From an uncultured Gemmatimonadales bacterium (lineage in GTDB: Bacteria; Gemmatimonadota; Gemmatimonadetes; Longimicrobiales; RSA9), in NCBI GenBank assembly GCA_963783305.1, contig CAWAMW010000002.1, positions 512,001 to 576,000 of the forward strand: DNA of 64,000 bases, written 5' to 3'. A program made the position numbers and the translations under genes. The stretch's first letter is position 1, and every line of letters starts with the position of its first letter. Below, in pieces: positions 27,652-35,954 of the stretch. The notes below the pieces were generated by a model. That model ran no database searches. It saw only the letters and a list, made by a program, of their open reading frames with translations, and was not told the origin of the DNA.

Positions 27652-28625
27652 TGGGCGCCTGGATGCTCTACGCGAGCGGTGTGGGGGGTGTGCTGGCGGT
27701 TGCGGGCATGCTGGCGGAGCGGGGGCTTCGCCACCTGGGGCTGCCGGTACGGTGGGTCTGGGTCGCCGCGATGGCAGGGACGATCACCGTGATGACCGGG
27801 CTCACTGGCACGACCGTCCTCACTGTGGCGGCCGGCGCGGTAATGGGCCTCGGTACGTTGTCGGACCGGCTCCTCCTGCTCGGCTGGGCGGTGGGTGCCC
27901 TCGTGCTGACGGCGAACCTGCGGCTCTCGGCGTGGACACTGCGACGGAACCAGCGATCGTGGGGGACGCGCCGGCTGGAGGGAGGGACGGTTCTGGTGTC
28001 GGCGGACTTTGGCCCGGGGGTGGTGGGGGCGTCGCGCCCGCGGATCGTGGTCCCGGGCTGGGTGCTGGGCTCGGGATCGTCGCTGGAGCGGTTGATCATG
28101 ACGCACGAGCGGGAACATGTGCGGGCCGGCGACGCGCGACTGCTGTTGTTGGGGAATATCCTGCCTGCGCTGATTCCGTGGTGCCTGCCCCTCTGGTGGC
28201 AGCGGTATCGGTTGCGGAGCGCGGTGGAGACGGACTGCGATGCTCGCGTTCTGCGTGCAACAGGCCGCCCCCGGGAGTATGCCCGCGCGCTCGTCGACGT
28301 TGCCGGGCGGACGGGGCGAGGGTTTGCGCCGGTGCCGGCCCTTGCCCCGGCGCGGGCCGAGCTGGAGCGCCGGATCCGGCTGATCACCGCGAGCGCCGCG
28401 GACCGGTCGAGATCGGCGGCCCTCCTGTCGCTGACGGCTGCCGCGGCCCTGGTTTTCTCCCTCGTGGCGGTGCCCAGGCCGGCTCCGGACGTCCGGTCGC
28501 CAGACGGCCGGTACGGCTCCCCGGGCCACAGCGCTGCCACCGCACCCGTTGATGCCGAGGCACCCAGCGCGGTGGTGCTCTTTTCCGTCCCCGGGAACTC
28601 GAACGCTCCGAACCGTTTACATTAG
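27651..28625 (+). CDS. BlaR1/M56 family membrane metallopeptidase (no C-terminal PBP sensor)
   Basis: GPGVVG..RPRIVVP, HEREH, PWCLPLWW, ETDCDARVL and LERRI motifs. Confidence 0.88.
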   Translation: MGAWMLYASGVGGVLAVAGMLAERGLRHLGLPVRWVWVAAMAGTITVMTGLTGTTVLTVAAGAVMGLGTLSDRLLLLGWAVGALVLTANLRLSAWTLRRNQRSWGTRRLEGGTVLVSADFGPGVVGASRPRIVVPGWVLGSGSSLERLIMTHEREHVRAGDARLLLLGNILPALIPWCLPLWWQRYRLRSAVETDCDARVLRATGRPREYARALVDVAGRTGRGFAPVPALAPARAELERRIRLITASAADRSRSAALLSLTAAAALVFSLVAVPRPAPDVRSPDGRYGSPGHSAATAPVDAEAPSAVVLFSVPGNSNAPNRLH

Positions 28626-28740
28626 CTCAGCCCGGGCAGAGGGCCCGCGTCCCGGTGTGGCTCGGAACGTCTCCGTTCCGGCGCAATTCCTGCCCTACGA
28701 TGATTGATTGCTGAACCCTATCTCCGTCCGAGGACTACAG

Positions 28741-29292
28741 ATGGCTCTTGATCCCCACGATCCCGAACGCGTGCGGCACGCCGAGCTGCCACTCGAGCGC
28801 GACCTGTTCCTGCGCTCGCTCCTGCGGGAGCTGTCCGGCACGCTGGAGGACGTGGTAGGGCTGCAGGAAGCGAGCGGATTCGTCTCGGTGGTGGGGCAGC
28901 GGATCGGGGACCAGATCAACCGGGACTACCGTACCGCCCTGCGCGTCGATCGCCTCACGCGGGAGGAGGTCGCCCGTGTCCTGGTGGACCTGAAACGCCG
29001 GATCCAGGGCGATTTTTACATCATCGAGGAGAGCGACGAGCGGATCGTCCTCGGGAATCGGGCGTGCCCCTTCGGCGACAAGGTGAAGGGGCGCCCGTCG
29101 CTGTGCATGATGACGTCGAACGTATTCGGGACCATCGCCGCCGAGAACACCGGGTACGGGAAGGTGGAGCTGAAGGAGACGATCGCCTCGGGGGCCCCGG
29201 AGTGCCGCGTCGTCGTATATCTGGAGCCGACCGAGGAGGCGGACGCCGCCCCCGGTCGCGAGTACTTCGAGCTGCGGGACGCGACGCCGTGA
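28741..29292 (+). CDS. Methanogen output domain 1 (MetOD1, V4R-like) protein
   Basis: [35 protein letters not shown] and CRVVVYL motifs. Confidence 0.8.
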   Translation: MALDPHDPERVRHAELPLERDLFLRSLLRELSGTLEDVVGLQEASGFVSVVGQRIGDQINRDYRTALRVDRLTREEVARVLVDLKRRIQGDFYIIEESDERIVLGNRACPFGDKVKGRPSLCMMTSNVFGTIAAENTGYGKVELKETIASGAPECRVVVYLEPTEEADAAPGREYFELRDATP

Positions 29293-31382
29293 ATCCGGCC
29301 GATTTCCGTGCCTTTGCCCACCTCCTCCCGGATGCCTGCCTGCTCGTCCAGGCCGACGGAGAGGTCCTGGGCGTCAACCCGGCGGCCGAGCGACTCCTGC
29401 GAACGAGCCGCGAAACCCTCGAGGGCGGGAACCTGCAGCGGCTCGTGGCCGGCGCGCTCGACGACGTCCGCAGCTACCTGGAGTCGGCGTCTCGCACCCG
29501 CGGGCCGGTCTCGGGCGGGCTGACCTTCCGCGGCGAGGAGGAGATCGCGTGTACGTGCCTCGGCGGGCTGGTCGCGCCGCCGCGGGAGGGTGAGCCGGCC
29601 CTGCTCCTCCTGCGCATGCAGGAGCGCGGGGCCTCCACCAATCGGTTCCGACTGTTGAACGAACAGGTGGACCGCCTGAGCGCAGAAGTGCGCCGCCGGC
29701 AGCGGGCGGAGCGCGAGCTGGAACAGCGGGCCAGGCAGCTCGAGGAGATCACGGCTCGGCTGGAGCGGAACCGGGCGCTGCTCGAGGAGTCGCAGCGGAG
29801 CGCCTGCGTCGGTAGCTGGGAGTGGGACGTCGGGACCGGGGCGCTCACCTGGTCGGAGGAGCTGTACCGGATCTACGGCCTGGACCCCGCCGCCGGCGAG
29901 ATCACCTTCGATCGCTTCCAGTCCCTGATCCACCCCGAAGACCAGGACCGGGTCCGGGAGATCATCGCAGGGGCGATCGAGAGCGGTGAGCCATTCTCCT
30001 TCGAACACCGGATCGTGCGGCCGGACGGCGCCATCCGCACGCTCCACGGCCGCGGCCGCGGGATCACAACGCCCGACGGCCGGGTCACCCGGATGCTGGG
30101 CAGCGGTCAGGACATCACCGGGCGGAAGCGGGAGGAGGAGCGGGCTCACTTTCTCGCCGAGGCCGGCCACCTGCTCACGACATCGCTGGACTACCAGGAG
30201 ACGCTCCGGCGGGTGGCGGAGCTGGCGGTGCCGCACATCGCTGACTGGGCCGCCGTGGACGTGATCCATGACGGCGAGATCCGTCGTCTGGCCGTAGCGC
30301 ACCCCGACCCCGCCAAGCTCGCCATCGTCGAGGAGATCGCCCGCCGCTGGCCGGAGGATTCGCAGAAGCCCGGTGTCATCACCCGGGTGCAGCGCACGGG
30401 GGAGGCAATCCTGCTCCCGGAGATCCCCGGGTCCATCCTGGAGGAGAGCGCGCAGAGCGAGGAGCACCTGCGCATGCTGAAGGAGCTCCGGCTGCGGTCG
30501 GGGATGATCGTCCCCCTGGAGGCCCGCGATCAGATTCTCGGCTCCATCACGTTCATCGCCTCGGACTCCGGCCGCACCTTCGGGGAGCCCGACCTGAACC
30601 TCGCTCGCGAGCTGGCCGACCGCGCCGCACTCGCCGTGGACAACGCGCGCCTCTACCAGGAATCACAACAGGCGAGCCGGGCCCGCGACGACCTGATGGC
30701 CATCGTCTCTCACGACCTCCGTAGCCCGCTGAACGCCGTCCTCGCCGGGGCCAGCCTCCTCCTCGACGTACCGCTGAGCCAGGAGAAACGCGAGCGCCAG
30801 TACGCCTCGATAAAACGCTCCGCCGAGCGCATGGAGCGGCTCACCCGCGATCTTCTCGATATCACACGGATCGAGTCGGGACACCTGAAGGTCGAGCCCC
30901 GGTCCGAGGACGTGCGGTCGCTGGTGGCCGAGGCGCTCGAGGCCGCCACCTTCGCCGCCGGACGCACCGGCGTGTTCCTCTCCGCCGAGGTGCCCGACAA
31001 CCTCCCCCCGGCACGGGCCGACCACGCGCGCGTGCTGCAGGTACTGGACAACCTCCTGTCCAACGCCATCCGCCACACGCCGGAGGGTGGACGGGTTACG
31101 GCGGCCGTGGACTCCCTGCGGGACACCCTCCGGTTCCGCGTGAGCGACACGGGGGGTGGGATACCGGACGAGCTGCGGGACCACGTCTTCGACCGCTACT
31201 GGCAGGGAGAGCACGCGGACCACGGGGGCGCCGGTCTCGGTCTGCCCATTGCCAAAGGCATCGTGGACGCGCACGGAGGCCGGATCTGGCTCCAGACCAC
31301 CCCCGGACACGGCACAACGTTCTACTTCACCCTCCCTATTGCCACCGGTCAGGACGAGGAGGACGGCTCCGCCGTCGCCTGA
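29289..31382 (+). CDS. Soluble PAS-PAS-GAF sensor histidine kinase
   Basis: PAS ([18 protein letters not shown]), GAF, H-box [20 protein letters not shown] and GLGL motifs; GTGA overlap with MetOD1. Confidence 0.93.
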   Translation: MNPADFRAFAHLLPDACLLVQADGEVLGVNPAAERLLRTSRETLEGGNLQRLVAGALDDVRSYLESASRTRGPVSGGLTFRGEEEIACTCLGGLVAPPREGEPALLLLRMQERGASTNRFRLLNEQVDRLSAEVRRRQRAERELEQRARQLEEITARLERNRALLEESQRSACVGSWEWDVGTGALTWSEELYRIYGLDPAAGEITFDRFQSLIHPEDQDRVREIIAGAIESGEPFSFEHRIVRPDGAIRTLHGRGRGITTPDGRVTRMLGSGQDITGRKREEERAHFLAEAGHLLTTSLDYQETLRRVAELAVPHIADWAAVDVIHDGEIRRLAVAHPDPAKLAIVEEIARRWPEDSQKPGVITRVQRTGEAILLPEIPGSILEESAQSEEHLRMLKELRLRSGMIVPLEARDQILGSITFIASDSGRTFGEPDLNLARELADRAALAVDNARLYQESQQASRARDDLMAIVSHDLRSPLNAVLAGASLLLDVPLSQEKRERQYASIKRSAERMERLTRDLLDITRIESGHLKVEPRSEDVRSLVAEALEAATFAAGRTGVFLSAEVPDNLPPARADHARVLQVLDNLLSNAIRHTPEGGRVTAAVDSLRDTLRFRVSDTGGGIPDELRDHVFDRYWQGEHADHGGAGLGLPIAKGIVDAHGGRIWLQTTPGHGTTFYFTLPIATGQDEEDGSAVA

Positions 31383-31399
31383 TCAGGGACCGCGCCCGC

Positions 31400-31954
31400 T
31401 CAGTGGCCGGAACCCGTGGTGTCGCTGGGAGCCGGTTCCACGGGGAGCATGAGGTCCTCGAGGAAGAACGCCGCCAGCTCGGCCCGACCGGACAGCGACG
31501 CCTTGCGGTAGACCGAGGCTGCATGCTGCCGCACCGTCTGGTCGCTCCGGTCGGTGCTGCGAGCAATGGACTTGTGGCTGTGCCCCTTCATCAGTAGCAG
31601 CGCCACCTCGCGCTCGGCGGGCGTGAGCTCCCACCGCGAGAACTGCTCGCTGATGGCCCGGCCGAACCCGTGGAGGGCGTGCTCCGCGCTGTCCCGGAAC
31701 GCATCCCGCTCCGCCTTGCGCGCCTCCAGGGACCGACGCAGCTCACGCACGGAACGGGCACTCCGCCACCAGCCCAGCCAGAGCGTGGTCGCCATGAGCA
31801 TGGCGCCCGTGAGCATCAGCGTCTCGAACACGACGTGGAAGCTGAGCCAGCTCTCCGGCTGATCCAGCATCAGGTCGATGGTCCCGCCGATGATGATCGA
31901 GGCCAGGGCGATGGTCAGAACGCCCCTCAAGCGGCCCGAGGTCAGATCGTCCAT
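31400..31954 (-). CDS. Membrane-anchored LuxR-family regulator (2 TM + HTH)
   Basis: Two TM helices containing HVVFE, then WELTPAEREVALLLMKG...TVRQHA..VYRK. Confidence 0.88.
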   Translation of the reverse strand: MDDLTSGRLRGVLTIALASIIIGGTIDLMLDQPESWLSFHVVFETLMLTGAMLMATTLWLGWWRSARSVRELRRSLEARKAERDAFRDSAEHALHGFGRAISEQFSRWELTPAEREVALLLMKGHSHKSIARSTDRSDQTVRQHAASVYRKASLSGRAELAAFFLEDLMLPVEPAPSDTTGSGH

Positions 31955-32088
31955 TCTCCCGATCTACATCCGTTGCACCCCTCCCCCCCGGGCGCCGCTC
32001 GCGGGGTGGAGGATCATACATATGTTGGATAGCGGCCGTGAGCTCCGTCAGGCACATTTGGCGGGACTACTATCAACAAGGAGCGCGC

Positions 32089-32604
32089 ATGCTGCCCGAC
32101 CCCCTGCATCCCGCCGTGGTTCATTTTCCGATTGTCCTGTCCGCCCTCCTGCCAATCTTCGCGCTGGGCGCTCTCTGGGCAAATCGGCGGGGTGCCCATT
32201 CCCGATGGACCTGGGCGATCCCGCTGGCCCTCTCGGCCGTCATGACCCTGAGCGGTTGGGTCTCCGTGGAGGCCGGTGAGGATCAGGGGGAGAGGGTGGA
32301 GGACGTCGTGGGAGAATCGGCGCTGCACGAGCATGAAGAGGGTGGCGAGCGGTTCCTCGTCCTCTCCGGCCTCCTCCTCTTCGTCGCTGCGGCGGGTCTG
32401 ATCGGCGGCACCGTGGGCACCGCCGGTCGGTACCTGACGACGGCCGGGTCGCTGGTCGTGCTCTGGGCAGGGGTCGCGGTGGGCAGCTCGGGCGGAGCGC
32501 TCGTGTATGAGCACGGCGCCGCCGCGGCGTACGTCACGTCTCCGTCAGGGAACGCTCCGACGGCGGCCATTCAGGAAAACCACGAAGAGGAGGACGAACG
32601 ATGA
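32089..32604 (+). CDS. DUF2231-like 4-TM membrane protein
   Basis: LHPAVVHFPI, HEHEE and GGALVYEHG motifs; AAGGAG RBS. Confidence 0.78.
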   Translation: MLPDPLHPAVVHFPIVLSALLPIFALGALWANRRGAHSRWTWAIPLALSAVMTLSGWVSVEAGEDQGERVEDVVGESALHEHEEGGERFLVLSGLLLFVAAAGLIGGTVGTAGRYLTTAGSLVVLWAGVAVGSSGGALVYEHGAAAAYVTSPSGNAPTAAIQENHEEEDER

Positions 32605-33839
32605 TCGGATTCCGACTGCCCGCCCCACTGACCCTGGCTGCATCCGCCACGGTCGTAACCCTTGTCGCGATCTTCCTCCTGCTCGCGAGCCCACCGCGCG
32701 ACGCGGAAGCCATCCCGGCCTTCGCCCGCCAGTACAACGTCTCGTGCTCCCTCTGCCACGCACCGGCGCCGCGCCTCACGGAGTTCGGCGAGCAGTTCGC
32801 CGCCAACGGATTCCGCCTGGCGCTCGAAGAAGAGCCGACGAAGGTGGTCGACACGGGCGACCCGCTCCTCCAGCTGATGGAAGATCTGCCGCTCGCGATT
32901 CGGTTCGACGCGTACTTCCAGGCGCGCGCCGGCGGGGTTGGCCCCGAGACCGATTTCCAGACGCCCTGGGCCATCAAGCTGCTCTCCGGTGGCCGGGTCG
33001 CCGAGAAGGTCAGCTACTACATGTACTTCTTCATGTCCGAGCGCGGCGAGATCGCCGGACTGGAGGACGCGTTCATCCAGTTCAGCGACGTGGGCGGCAG
33101 CGGTGTCGACCTCCTCGTTGGCCAGTTCCAGGTCTCGGATCCCCTCTTCAAGCGGGAGCTCCGGCTGGAGTTCGAGGACTACCAGGCGTACCGCGTTCGG
33201 GTCGGTGAGACCCGCGCGGACCTCACCTACGACCGCGGGCTCCTGGCTGCCTTCTCACCATGGGAGGGCGCCGACGCATCGCTCCAGCTCCTCAATGGCC
33301 GCGGAATCGAACCCGCGGGTGAGCACCGGACCTACGACTCCGACAGCGGTAAGACCCTCGCCGCACGACTCTCCCAGGACCTTGGGACGTTCCGCTTGGG
33401 CGGCTTCGGCTACTACGGCGAGGAGACGACCGACGGGGTTCGCAACCGCATCCGCGTGCTCGGCCCCGACCTGAGCGTGGCGCTCGGACCCACTCTCGGG
33501 CTGAATGCACAGTACCTCTGGAGGGCAGACGACCGGCCGTTCTTCACCGATGCCGCCCCCACCGATACCGACGTCCAGATGGGCTTCGCCGAGCTGCTCT
33601 GGGCCCCGCAGGGGAACGCCGGGCGCTGGTTCTTCACCGCCCTCTACAACCATGTTGAGGCCGATTCACCGCTCTTCACGGTCCGACAGGGGGAAGCGGG
33701 GCTTCTGGAGAGCTACCGGTCCGGCGCGCTCGGAGCGAACTTCGTCATGGCCCGCAACGTTCGACTCACCAGCGAGATCCAGTACGACCTCGACCGCGAC
33801 GCCGCCCGCTTCGTGGCCGGCTTCATGTCCGCATTCTGA
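32601..33839 (+). CDS. Cyc2-like monoheme cytochrome fused to an outer-membrane beta-barrel
   Basis: Signal peptide ending AEA, then IPAFARQYNVSCSLCHAPAPRLTEFGEQFAANGF; amphipathic beta strands; C-terminal Phe. Confidence 0.78.
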   Translation: MIGFRLPAPLTLAASATVVTLVAIFLLLASPPRDAEAIPAFARQYNVSCSLCHAPAPRLTEFGEQFAANGFRLALEEEPTKVVDTGDPLLQLMEDLPLAIRFDAYFQARAGGVGPETDFQTPWAIKLLSGGRVAEKVSYYMYFFMSERGEIAGLEDAFIQFSDVGGSGVDLLVGQFQVSDPLFKRELRLEFEDYQAYRVRVGETRADLTYDRGLLAAFSPWEGADASLQLLNGRGIEPAGEHRTYDSDSGKTLAARLSQDLGTFRLGGFGYYGEETTDGVRNRIRVLGPDLSVALGPTLGLNAQYLWRADDRPFFTDAAPTDTDVQMGFAELLWAPQGNAGRWFFTALYNHVEADSPLFTVRQGEAGLLESYRSGALGANFVMARNVRLTSEIQYDLDRDAARFVAGFMSAF

Positions 33840-33858
33840 CCGACTGCAGGAGGATACC

Positions 33859-34236
33859 ATGCGACTCTACACGATGCTCACCGCGCTCTCGATCGGCGCT
33901 CTCCTCGCGCTGCCTGGACTCGGCACGGCGCGGACCGCGGCCACGCAGGACCCCGGCGGTGAAAAGATCTTCCGGGGGAAGGGCAACTGCTTCACCTGCC
34001 ACGGCCCCGCCGGAAAGGGGACGCCGCTGGCTCCCGACCTGACCGACGATGTGTGGCTGGAGTTCGAGGGAACGCCCGCCCGCGCGGATATCGAGGACCT
34101 GGTGCGGCGCGGAGTGCCGCAACCGGTCCGCCATCCGGCCCCCATGCCCGCCATGGGCGGCGCACGCCTCAGCGATGACGAGATCACCGCGGTGGCCGAA
34201 TACGTCCTCTCTCTCAGCGGAGCTCCCGATGCATAG
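33859..34236 (+). CDS. Periplasmic monoheme class I cytochrome c
   Basis: Signal peptide, CFTCH, APDLTD and PMPAMG (axial Met); AGGAGG RBS. Confidence 0.9.
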   Translation: MRLYTMLTALSIGALLALPGLGTARTAATQDPGGEKIFRGKGNCFTCHGPAGKGTPLAPDLTDDVWLEFEGTPARADIEDLVRRGVPQPVRHPAPMPAMGGARLSDDEITAVAEYVLSLSGAPDA

Positions 34237-34765
34237 CTGGACCCGGGCCATTCCTGCCCTGCCCGTCCTGCTGGCAGTCGCTGTCACGGGCGCCGCGTGC
34301 GGCAGCCCCGATGAGGCCCCGGAGATGGAGACGGCGGAAGTCACCAGGGTCGACTCGGGGAGCATCGCGGCCACCGGGGCGATGGACACGGCGGCGGCGG
34401 GGACGCGGGCAGCCCTTCCCTCCCTGTTCACCATCATGCTGGGCCTGCAGGGGGACCTCGACCGGATCAGCCACGGCCTCTGGACGGAGAGCTACGACAG
34501 CATCGCCGCGGCCGCCACGGGCGTGGCGGACCACCCGAGGGTCCCGCCCGAGGAGGCGTCCCTCATCGCGGGGATCCTCGGCTCGGACATGGCCCGCTTC
34601 CAGGCGCTGGACAGGGAGGTGCACGACCTCTCGGTGCAACTGGCCGAGCAGGCGCGAGCGCGGGACCTCGAGGCCGTTCTCGAGACCGACGCCCGGCTCC
34701 GCACGGGATGCGTAGAATGCCACACCACCTTCCGCGAGCGCCTGCGGGCAGGAGTGGATCGGTAG
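34229..34765 (+). CDS. Cytochrome c'-like (class II) lipoprotein
   Basis: Lipobox GAAC, helical body and C-terminal CVECHTTFR. Confidence 0.8.
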   Translation: MHSWTRAIPALPVLLAVAVTGAACGSPDEAPEMETAEVTRVDSGSIAATGAMDTAAAGTRAALPSLFTIMLGLQGDLDRISHGLWTESYDSIAAAATGVADHPRVPPEEASLIAGILGSDMARFQALDREVHDLSVQLAEQARARDLEAVLETDARLRTGCVECHTTFRERLRAGVDR

Positions 34766-35919
34766 CCAGGGCAAGGGCCGCCGCCCCGCTGCTCTTCCTG
34801 TTCCTCGGAGGCGCGGCGGCGTGCGACCGCGACGGGACTCCCGACCGGGACCCCGCTTCGAGCGCCCCGGCCGCCACGGTCGCCACGGGCGACAGGAGCC
34901 CCGACGCCGCCACTCCCGGCTCTCCGCCGCGCCACGTGCTCATTCGGACGCCGGACGGCCCGACCGCCCGGGGTCTCGACAGCGCACACCTCGCCCGCGC
35001 CCTGGCGCTGGCCGACACGCTCCCGCGCCTGCGCTGCCTCATGATCGCGCGGCACGGGGAGACGCTGACGGAGCACTGCAGGCCGGGGTACGACCCCGCC
35101 GCTCCGGCGAACGTGAAGTCCGTATCGAAGAGCGTGCTCTCGGCACTGGTGGGGATCGCCATCGACGAGGGACACCTCGCCGGTGTGGAGCAGAGGCTGG
35201 TGCCGCTCCTGGAGTCCCATCTGGATACCCTCGCGGACCCGCGCAAGCGGGACATCACCATCGGGCACCTGCTGTCCATGCAGTCCGGTCTCGAGCGTAC
35301 CTCCGGTCGGAACTACGGTGCGTGGGTCAGCAGCCCCGACTGGGTGAGGGACGCCATCCGGCGACCCATGGAGGCGGATCCCGGCGGACGAATGCTCTAC
35401 AGCACCGGCAACTACCACCTCCTCTCCGCCATCCTCACGGACGCCACCGGGTCGAGCACCTGGGAGTATGCCCGGTCCCGGCTGGGCGACCCACTCGGGG
35501 TCCGCGTCCCGCGCTGGCCTACGGACCCTCAGGGCATCTACTTCGGGGGCAACGACATGCGGCTCTCTCCGCGCGCCATGGTCGCCTTCGGTGAGCTCTA
35601 CCGGAACGGTGGACGTAGCGGAGACGATCAGGTCGTGCCGGAAGACTGGGTCCGTAGTTCCCTGGAGCCCCGCACCCGCTCCCCCTGGAGCGGCAACCGC
35701 TACGGCTATGGCTGGTTCCTGGCCCGGGCGGGGCGGCACCCGATGTTCTTCGCCTGGGGCTACGGCGGCCAGTTCATCTTCGTGGTGCCGGACCTGGAGC
35801 TGACGGTCGTCACCACCTCCGACCCCGCCGCGCCCCGCGGGGGCGGCCACCTCCGCGCGATCCATGACCTGCTGGACAATGAGATCGTCCCGGCGGCCGA
35901 GGTCGGAAGCGGGGACTGA
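34708..35919 (+). CDS. AmpC/NylB-family serine hydrolase lipoprotein (intact active site; start uncertain)
   Basis: SVSK (SxxK), LLSMQSG, YSTGN and AWGYGGQ motifs. Confidence 0.85.
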   Translation: MRRMPHHLPRAPAGRSGSVARARAAAPLLFLFLGGAAACDRDGTPDRDPASSAPAATVATGDRSPDAATPGSPPRHVLIRTPDGPTARGLDSAHLARALALADTLPRLRCLMIARHGETLTEHCRPGYDPAAPANVKSVSKSVLSALVGIAIDEGHLAGVEQRLVPLLESHLDTLADPRKRDITIGHLLSMQSGLERTSGRNYGAWVSSPDWVRDAIRRPMEADPGGRMLYSTGNYHLLSAILTDATGSSTWEYARSRLGDPLGVRVPRWPTDPQGIYFGGNDMRLSPRAMVAFGELYRNGGRSGDDQVVPEDWVRSSLEPRTRSPWSGNRYGYGWFLARAGRHPMFFAWGYGGQFIFVVPDLELTVVTTSDPAAPRGGGHLRAIHDLLDNEIVPAAEVGSGD

Positions 35920-35954
35920 GATCCGACCACGGCTGGGCACGTTGCGTACTTCCT

